64,000 nucleotides of DNA from NCBI GenBank assembly GCA_964016885.1, contig OZ024740.1, positions 52,018,001-52,082,000 of the forward strand, written 5' to 3'. Origin of the DNA: Eledone cirrhosa. Its lineage: Eukaryota. Shown in pieces: positions 54,656 to 64,000 of the stretch (within the stretch, counting starts at the first letter, position 1; the number at the start of each line of letters is the position of its first letter). The translations under genes were made by a program, and so were the position numbers. The notes beneath the pieces are model-generated. The model was not told the origin of the DNA. It saw only the letters and a program-made list of their open reading frames with translations, and did not search any database.

Positions 54656-55808
54656 ACACACACACACACAGTATATATATATATATATGAGAGAGAGAGA
54701 TACGTTTAGATACCTGTATATTTGTATGTATACATGCATATGTGTGTGTAATATGTGCGCCCAAACGCCAAATGACCATAATAGTTGTCAAACATAAATG
54801 ATAATTGAGAAAATCGAGTAACGTACCCCTAGAGACGGAAGGAATAAATAGTGGGTTCTGGGAGGAATGAAACCAATTACGTCAGTTTAGAAGTGTAAAC
54901 AAGAAGCACTGGGAAAGTTTGAAATATGGGCGAATGAAATCAGCTAAAGTACCATAGCCGTGTCTGCGAAGTATCAAACACCGCATTTCCCGGATGCCGG
55001 GCATTAACGACCAGGCTAAACAGCTATTGGCCATCGATTCCGTCTTTTTAGAAGATGTAAAGCAATGAAAATATGATTCAGCAATATTGGCCGTACAAAA
55101 TGGGCAAAGTAGCAGAGGAAGAAAGTGACCAAGATATGTGAAGCGTAATGCTCTTTGCCTTAATCATGACGAGAAGAGAGTCAAAGGGCTTTGAAATATT
55201 TTATTGAAGTTCGTTCTCTCTTATATTTTTACCTTGTAGGCTTATTTAGAATTTTCTTGTAACCGTAATACAATTTTCTGTTAGTTGACCTATGCCAAAT
55301 ACCAAGTCTCACATTAATAAAACTAAATTATATTTTATTTGTCTTTATTGTTTAAAAATGTATTCACAATGTATTTATGACTCAATTAACTGGTTTTCAT
55401 TAGATTACATATTTTTGACAGTGACTGGCCCTAATAGGTGTTCCAATGTTTATAAGTGGTCTGCCAATGGAATATGTTGCACACCTCTGATGTAAACACT
55501 ATGCTGACTACAACTATATAACACATTGATACTTTCAACAGGAATCACCCTGTTCAAGTTGTAGTATTGAGTTCTAATACCGGTGCCACCTAAAGTGATT
55601 AAAAAACATTACGAAATAAAACAACACTATACACCACACGCCCACACACATACGCACACGCACACACACACACACACGCCCTCATATATATATACGTATT
55701 TCAATGACATAGTGATTTGTAATATGTTTATTTACACATGCATATATATTTACATATATACATATAATATACATACTAAATCACCTATATATATATATAT
55801 ATATATGC

Positions 55809-55910
<102 letters not shown>

Positions 55911-56030
55911 GTAGAACACTGGAACGTAATATTCGTAGTGGTAGAGAACTCAGTCCATGGGACGAGTTTAGTAGAAGTAGTAACACAACAGTTAGTTCAC
56001 CATACCGAGAACAATTGTTTCACCTTATAT

Positions 56031-56080
<50 letters not shown>

Positions 56081-56167
56081 CGAAGGAAATGTGCTAAGGA
56101 ACCAGGTGGACCATAACGCACCAAAGTACTCAATACTTAGGGTAGTAGAGTGGGTCCTACTCGTTCC

Positions 56168-56193
<26 letters not shown>

Positions 56194-56200
<7 letters not shown>

Positions 56201-56557
56201 GTGAGGTTTTCTTTACAAAATGAAAAATAACCGAGGTGTCCTACACGAGTGAAAGTATAAAGAAAAAAAGATGAAATCGAAAATGCAACTGGAGTCTTAT
56301 TTAAAAAAAATATATATATATTTATTTGGTTCCTTTACCGGTTTCGCAGTTCTTCTGCTTTTCAAAAGTAGAGTTGAGATGGAGGGTCTGTGGTTTTTCT
56401 CACAGATGTGCCAAATACCAAGTCTCACATTAAATATAATATATATATATTTTTTTAAATAAGACTCCAGTTGCATTTTCGATTTCATCTTTTTTTCTTT
56501 ATACTTTCACTCGTGTAGGACACCTCGGTTATTTTTCATTTTGTAAAAAAACCTAAC

Positions 56558-56565
<8 letters not shown>
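56194..56565. mobile_element. Family H4 element with inverted tail; hammerhead at 56332-56369 (-)
   Basis: 56194-56320 is inverted at 56440-56565; (TA)n flanks. Confidence 0.8.
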
Positions 56566-56651
<86 letters not shown>

Positions 56652-56689
56652 GTTCATATATATATATATGTATATTTATATATATGAGC

Positions 56690-56734
<45 letters not shown>

Positions 56735-57088
56735 CATGTATGCATGCATCATACAGATGCGAACAGTCATATTCTTGGGAATTGTACGATCTAAAGTTTC
56801 TCTGATTTGAATGCCAAATAAATTAGATCAAGAAATATTCTTCGCTGGGAATAAATGATGTGAATCATTTCTGTTTTCGCGAACCATCAGAATGACATTC
56901 ATCCTTTACAATATGTTTCCAATCAATAACTGAGACTTAATATACTAGAAAATGTTATAGTCTCCAAGTACATTCATATAGGACAATTACAATGAACAAG
57001 TAGTAACACAATTGATTAAGTAATATGATATGGCAGCCATCTTAATATTATATAATGTTATATTATATTATATTATATTATATTATAT

Positions 57089-57194
<106 letters not shown>

Positions 57195-57900
57195 AAACGG
57201 AAAAAATGAAAGGAAATTTCATTTCCCACTCTTAGTACGGCTGTTACTTAAATATAAGTACTAGTACTAGTACAGCGTTCCTTTGTCAGTGTTGAACAAA
57301 CGAGCAACGGTGGTTGCTAGACACTACGGCTTAATACGGGATGTTTGTTTACAAACACACCGAGCATTATAATAAACGTTTGGTGAATCCATACGTACAT
57401 ATATATATATGTGTGCATGTATGTATATACATACTACTGTACGTCTGTATACATATATGTATGTACGTATACATACTTATATTTAAGTAACAGCCGTACT
57501 AAGAGTGGGAAATGAAATTTCCTTTCATTTTTTCTGTTTTTCGTTTTCGGTACCCCGGCCGATTAACTCACTCGATATGCAAATTGGGCTACTCAGCCGT
57601 TAATATGCATAAGGAAAGTATATACTTTCGGACGTTCAACTATCTGGCAGGAAGGTATGCGTTGCTGACGATAGCTAACAAGCTTGAAACTAGTACAGCG
57701 TTCCTTTGTCAGTGTTGAACAAACGAGCAACGGTGGTTGCTAGACACTACGGTTTAATACGGGATGTTTGTTTACAAACACACCGAGCATTATAATAAAT
57801 GTTTGGTGAATCCATACGTACATATATATATATATATGTGTGCATGTATGTATATATATATACATACTACTGACGTCTGTATACATATATGTATGTACGT
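57195..57900 (+). mobile_element. Family H1 element: inverted tail plus 423-nt-period partial tandem
   Basis: cagcgttcctttgtcagtg at 57273 and 57696; 57200-57260 is inverted relative to 57475-57533. Confidence 0.85.
57659..57701 (+). ncRNA. Minimal type-I hammerhead ribozyme (H1)
   Basis: gcguug CUGACGA u-agcu-aaca-agcu-u GAAA cuag UA cagcgu. Confidence 0.82.
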
Positions 57901-57931
57901 AAACTTGGAAGAAATGTGTACATATTTAATT

Positions 57932-58009
57932 ACCTCTACCATGGTTTCGTCCGTATTTTAAGACATCCGATAACAGGGGACATCTAGAGCTTCGGATTCA
58001 TCAGGAAGC
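57932..58009 (-). ncRNA. Type-I hammerhead ribozyme (H8)
   Basis: gcuuc CUGAUGA auccg...cggac GAAA ccaugg UA gaggu; palindrome ACCAUGGU; A-C mismatch at the base of stem II. Confidence 0.65.
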
Positions 58010-58263
58010 TAACTCAAATTTAGACAATTAATTTTCCAAAGTGATCGCGCCAAGAATACATTCAAAAATGGCTAAGAATCGTGACGTGGCAGCGGTGTCA
58101 CGATTCTTAGCCATTTTTGAATTTTTAGTCCAAAATTAGCCGTCGAAACGGCTTGAGCTCAGCCGTCGGGGTCCTACTCGTTCCTATTACCCACTCTACT
58201 ACCCTAAGTATTGAGTACTTTGGTGCGTTATGGTCCACCTGGTTCCTTACCACATTTCCTTCG

Positions 58264-58337
<74 letters not shown>

Positions 58338-58968
58338 CATTCATACGTATATAGATATACAGATACCTACGTACATACATACATACATACATATATATTA
58401 TAGTTGACATTCTATAAACCAGTAAATATTATCTACTGCAATAATGTCTTTAAATATCTTGTCACAAGGAATACCTGAAGAAATATTATTGTTTATGTGA
58501 TCTTTTTTACAGCATACGAAAACATTTTCTTGATATACAAGTTTAAAACTAAGTCTTCTCATACAAAAATAGATTTAATTGCTTAACATATTTACGAGCA
58601 TTTTATTTGAATTTCCCTTAAAACATTCTTATCGGATGTTTAATAATCACTAAATTTCTCGCGCAAAAATCTTTGTTAAGATACTCATTAAAAAAAATCA
58701 GAAAACGAAGGGATCCTAACAGAGTTACATAACAAATAAATATAAGGTTAAAATGAAAGAGAATCCAGCAAATTATTTCCACTCTATAGATACTTCTTTA
58801 AGAAAACTCAGGCGCAGAAAAATAACCGTAAAAATTGGTTGCTATAAATACCGTTAAAAATCGAGTAAAGACCTCAGTGGTGATTATGAAGAATCAAACT
58901 CCATTTCTTTTAGATAGCGGTGACTGCTCTAACCATTGAGCGAAACACTCATACACGCGTACGCTCAT

Positions 58969-59020
<52 letters not shown>

Positions 59021-59124
59021 GTGTATGTATCTCTAGGGCGGGTAAAATTCTCGAGATTGTATATATATATATGTATATGTAAAATATACATATGTATTAT
59101 ATATATGTATATATACATGCATAA

Positions 59125-59159
<35 letters not shown>

Positions 59160-59289
59160 ATAGACATTTTTGATAATAAAATGTTAAAAAATTAAATATT
59201 AAATGACTTTTAGCAAATGAAATAAACAGAAAAAGTATAGTTCTTTTTATCTAGTCATAATTTGAATCTAAATTACAACAAAACATAGA

Positions 59290-59720
59290 ATCGCTGCTCA
59301 GAGCACAACACAACTGACCATCAGTGACTAACCCAGGTCTCGCTACTCACCAGACCGAAGAGGGAAAACTATCGAAATATCGGTCGCTCTCCGACATGTT
59401 TGTGGTCGAACCTGTAGCAGTGGAGACTTCCGGCGTTCATTGGCTCCCGGACCCCATCCCTACTCACTACTATTAGGGCGGAGGTGGTTACTCGCAGGAG
59501 CAAGCGTTGTGAGCTGGAATGGCTACTGCAACGCGTCTCCTTCACCATCGTCTGAGGCAACATTTTCTCCATTCTGTTTGTTGGGATTACGAGCTGGTAT
59601 ACACATAGGCTTCCACACACCAGAGAACGCTCCCTCACTCCGCCCGGGCCTGCATCACTCCAACGGTGATGATGTATCGATCAACTGTAAAATTAGTTGG
59701 AAACGTCGAAACAGTGTCAA
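59290..59720 (+). mobile_element. CRE-like RLE LINE 3' fragment
   Basis: KLSKYRSL...EPVAVETSGVIG...ELEWLLQRVSFTIV*GN. Confidence 0.65.
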
Positions 59721-59874
59721 ACCACATCCGGAATTTTGCTTAGACAATAACAACTAGATTCAACAACTCTGATACTAACAATCAATATTACACTTGCAAA
59801 TATTACCCATTTCTCCTTCTCTTTTTTGTTGCCTTACCTCCCAATACCTCCCACATGCACATCTAACTAAAGAA

Positions 59875-59937
<63 letters not shown>

Positions 59938-60064
59938 TTTCTGAATTTGTTTAGCAAGATTCTTTATCTGAAAACGTGTGTTGAAACCGATATTGTTATA
60001 CTTTGGGAGGGTCATGTTGCCAATAAGAAACACACGCACCAGTTGCTTTCACTTCAATTTATTA

Positions 60065-60412
60065 TAAATTAAATTTATAAATTTAAGAATTTATAAATTT
60101 CCGGCTGGTTGGTTCCACACCCAGACGATTGTTCATATATTGTCAAAGTTCTTTCGTCACACATTCTGTGACCTCTTCAGTGACTGGGATTCTTTTCTTT
60201 GTTTTTGTGCCTCTCCTTTGTTCTGTCCTACGCCATCTTGATAGCGTAGAACAGAACAAAGGAGAGGCACAAAACAAAGAAAAGAATCCCCAGTCACTGA
60301 AGAGGTCACAGAATGTGTGACGAAAGAACTTTGACAATATATGAACAATCGTCTGGTTGTGGAACCAACCAGCCGGTAATTTATAAATTCTTAAATTTAT
60401 AAATTTAATTTA
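60065..60412. repeat. ~350-bp fold-back palindrome of family H5
   Basis: Arms complementary around ~60238 with scattered mismatches. Confidence 0.92.
60293..60335 (+). ncRNA. Hammerhead H5; mirror copy at 60142-60184 (-)
   Basis: guca CUGAAGA g-gucaca-gaaug-ugugac GAAA gaac UU ugac. Confidence 0.72.
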
Positions 60413-60494
60413 AATCGCTGCTTTCACCCTTAATGGGATCTTCTGAATCCTTATCGAGCCCTCTTTGGATTTTAGTCTTCAAATTTATTATTAT

Positions 60495-60557
<63 letters not shown>

Positions 60558-60631
60558 TTTATCTCGGGTTCAATCGGGGTAACCACGGTAAGTAAGGTAC
60601 TCAATAGATAGCAGAGTATAAATATTTGATA

Positions 60632-60696
60632 TAGAAATGGGTTCCTGATGATTTCTCCCGAATGAAACAGTTCTAGTCCTGTAGAAGCCATTTCTA
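60632..60696 (+). ncRNA. Type-I hammerhead ribozyme with a true stem III (H9)
   Basis: uagaaauggguuc CUGAUGA u-uuc-uccc-gaa-u GAAA cag-uucuaguc-cug UA gaagccauuucua; stem I 12 of 13 bp. Confidence 0.82.
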
Positions 60697-60863
60697 CACA
60701 CACACACGCACACACATATATATATATATATATATAACAAAGAGGGTGTGGTAAGATACCAGGTGAACCACAACGCACCAGAGTACTCAATACTTAGGGT
60801 AGCAGAATTCGGATCTAACTGTTGAAACGGCCGGAGCTCAGCCGTCGGGATCGTGGCACTTTT

Positions 60864-60959
<96 letters not shown>

Positions 60960-61137
60960 TATATTTATATAAGGTCAGTTACTACAGCGAAGCCATACCA
61001 GTAGGTTGCGTTGTCTTGTAGGGCCAACGAAACGTACGCTCCTGGTATGGCTTGGTAATAGGCTATAATAAGTATATCAAAACTCGTCGTACTGACTCGA
61101 GTTGCTCTCTACCGTGGATACCTCAAACAAGTGATTA

Positions 61138-61296
<159 letters not shown>

Positions 61297-61352
61297 TTAT
61301 ACTTTGGGAGGGTCAGTTGCCTACAATAATGTACGAGTGTGGAACATGGAAG

Positions 61353-61625
61353 GTAAAGCAGAAGGGGGGAAACAGCTCAATACGAGGCTGCTTCAAATAA
61401 AGCAGAAGGGGGAAAAGAGCTCAAGACGAGGTGGCTTCAAATAAAGCAGAAGGGGGAAAAGACAGCTCAATACGAGGCTTCTTCAAATAAAGCAGAAGGG
61501 CGAAAAGACAGCTCAATGCGAGGCTGCTTCAAATAAAGCAGAAGGGGGAAAAGACAACGCAATACGAGGCTGCTTTAAATAAAGTAGAAGGGGGAAAAGA
61601 CAGCGCAATACGAGGGTGCTTCAAA
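61353..61625. repeat. ~45-bp minisatellite x6 overlapping a mariner TIR
   Basis: Unit taaagcagaagggggaaaagacagctcaatacgaggctgcttcaaa. Confidence 0.9.
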
Positions 61626-62162
61626 GAGTTTGTGGGAAAAGGACAGTTGTAAAAAACGGTTTAAGTTATGATGTTTATTTTTTAACATATGCTCCATCTA
61701 GGGCAATACACTTCTGCAAGCATTGATACCAGCCTTTAAGTCCATCTGTGTAAAACTGAGGGCCATGTGATTTAAACCTTGTCAAAGCAGCTTTTTTTTT
61801 TACATCTTCAACTGGGGCTCATCTTCAAGCTCATCTCGTCCACTTTTAAAACGACTTACCCATTTGTAGGTTGTTGATTTCTTTGGGGCATTGTCCCCAT
61901 AAACTTGCTCTAGAACATTTATGATTTAGCTGCTCTTCCACCCTAGCTTCACCATGAATTTGATGTTTTGATGGAGGCCATGTTGCTTCAGCGGGTGCTG
62001 ACTTCCGACAGGCGGTGCCGTGTTGCAACATGCATTTAAAGGTTCATGTTAGAACACGTTATGACACATTAGTAAGAGAACGTACAGGTTCATTGAGATC
62101 AAAATCCCTGCATATGATTTTTAGCTATGTACTTTTCCCATTAACTTTTTGAAGCTCCCTTA
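61611..62162 (-). mobile_element. Internally deleted mariner element
   Basis: TIRs cgagggtgcttcaaagagtttgtgggaaaag / cttttcccattaactttttgaagctccctta with TA flanks; C-terminal remnant WYQCLQKCIALDGAYVK. Confidence 0.8.
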
Positions 62163-63066
62163 TACAATATGTTGCTGAAAGAAAAATGCTGAATATTACG
62201 TTGAAGGATGGAATTTTGGTGTAAAGTGATAAGAAGTAAAACAGGAGTTTTAGATATACTTCAAGAAATAGCTAAAACAATATGAAGGTGGACAGGGGAT
62301 TTAGTTAGAGCAGAGAACAATTGATAGTCGAAAAGAACTACAGGGTGAGGTCCACAGACAAAGAGGTTCCAATTGAAGAGTAGATGGAAGAGGTACAAAA
62401 CCAATTTGTACGAGAATAGCAAGGGACCGAAAGGAATGGGAGGGTCTCGAAGACAGTTATGTCTTGCAGGGATTTATATCACAAAGAATTAGAAGAAATG
62501 ATATAAAATAAAACTATATATCTATCTGCTGAATCTATATCTGTATACAGTACAGAAGTAGCTGATATTGTCAAAATCTGTATATAGAATTACATTTTGA
62601 ATACATAGACATATTAACATGCCGAATATTTGTATTTCCCTGCAAATTGATCAACTACCTTTAATCGATTTTCGAATAATTTGGAGTTTTCATCAAAAGA
62701 AATACGCAACTTAGGAGTTTATATACCCTATCACTTATAGTATACGTACTAATTTGCATATTATGCGCGCTCATATTGGTAGTAAACTTTCTTGGATATT
62801 TATATCTGCATACATACAGTATAGACGCAACCCTGACTGCGTCAGTTTGTATATAAATTTATACATTGAGTGTATAGACACGTAAATATGCCAAATAAAT
62901 CAATTTCCTTGTAAATTTAAAATATAATAAATATAGATATAAATTTATTGTATACTTCGACTGCTTAGCGCTCAACTTAACTCACACAGGCACACAAATC
63001 AGAGAGCAGGAACCTAATTTGGCAACTCATTATATCCATTGCCCTAACAACACTGACAATTCATCG

Positions 63067-63182
<116 letters not shown>

Positions 63183-63598
63183 CTATCATCGCCCAGTGTT
63201 GACAAATAATGTACCAGTCATACGTTAGGTTGATTTATCTCTCTCACTCTCTCTCTTTCTCTCAGAATCGGCTACCGTGCGGAACCACACACAGTGTACC
63301 ATTCCACCAAGAATTTGAGGAAGGTTTAAGTAGCGGTCAACTATCTTTTCTCGATTATAAAACCGTCCAACGAAATTAGAGAATATGGTGGGAGTAGATG
63401 ATCGTATGTGCTGTACAACACGGAACAATATACACTCATACAAATACATACGTGCACACACGTATATGATGGGACTGTCTGTCTTTCCGTTTTTTTCCAT
63501 TATCTTCGTCTTATGCGGCCCCTATTTTGAATTCATATTCTAAAGACTTAGTGTATGAGTGATTATTTACAGGGATAAATCTAGGGCTAGAACCCAGG

Positions 63599-63655
<57 letters not shown>

Positions 63656-64000
63656 GTGTATTGAGTTCAAAACTCAAGCATTCCTTTACAATGAAATAGC
63701 TCAAAGAAAAAAATATTTCTGAGCCGTGTAATACAAGTAAATATAAATTAATATATATGATGAAACACAAATACCAACATATCCGTGTTTATATTGTAAA
63801 AGAAATTAAGTTAGCTAGAATGAAATATACTAATTATAATATTACTGTTTGCCTATCTCGATTTAAAATAATAAATCAATAAAAACAAACAGTATTGGCA
63901 TGTGTGTTAAACAGTCTTTTAAAATATTTAGAAGTGAAGCATATCAATTTGTTCAGGGTGTTTACTGATGTGAGCTGGACAAGATATCCTTACACTTATT

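Overview
AT-rich, microsatellite-dense eukaryotic DNA. The repeat content suggests a coleoid cephalopod (octopus-like), but that is an inference. The only host gene I can support is an elevenin/L11-type neuropeptide precursor on the minus strand, with coding exons at 29387-29508 and 5371-5451 separated by a ~23.9 kb intron. The spliced product is MLQLCTKTYQKCLVWTIAILLLTVHITEQRIPPKRR-SIDCRKYIYAPQCRGISA-KRSFPMTNFQDKER; both exons are too short for the ORF track. The rest is transposon material: a near-full-length but disabled L1/Tx1 LINE (14173-18928) plus an older copy, R4/Dong-like, CRE-like and RTE fragments, RTE-derived bipartite elements, three tRNA-SINE families, Tc1, mariner and pogo relics, hAT and piggyBac MITEs, and a Helentron-type element. 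The most striking hidden signal is about 17 type-I hammerhead ribozyme motifs (CUGANGA / stem II / GAAA / palindromic stem III / UH) from about 9 unrelated short non-coding element families. They sit in (TA)n tracts, often as long fold-back palindromes or cleavage-site-delimited tandems, resembling Penelope-like/retrozyme elements. All alignments and folds were done by eye, so boundaries of degraded repeats are approximate.
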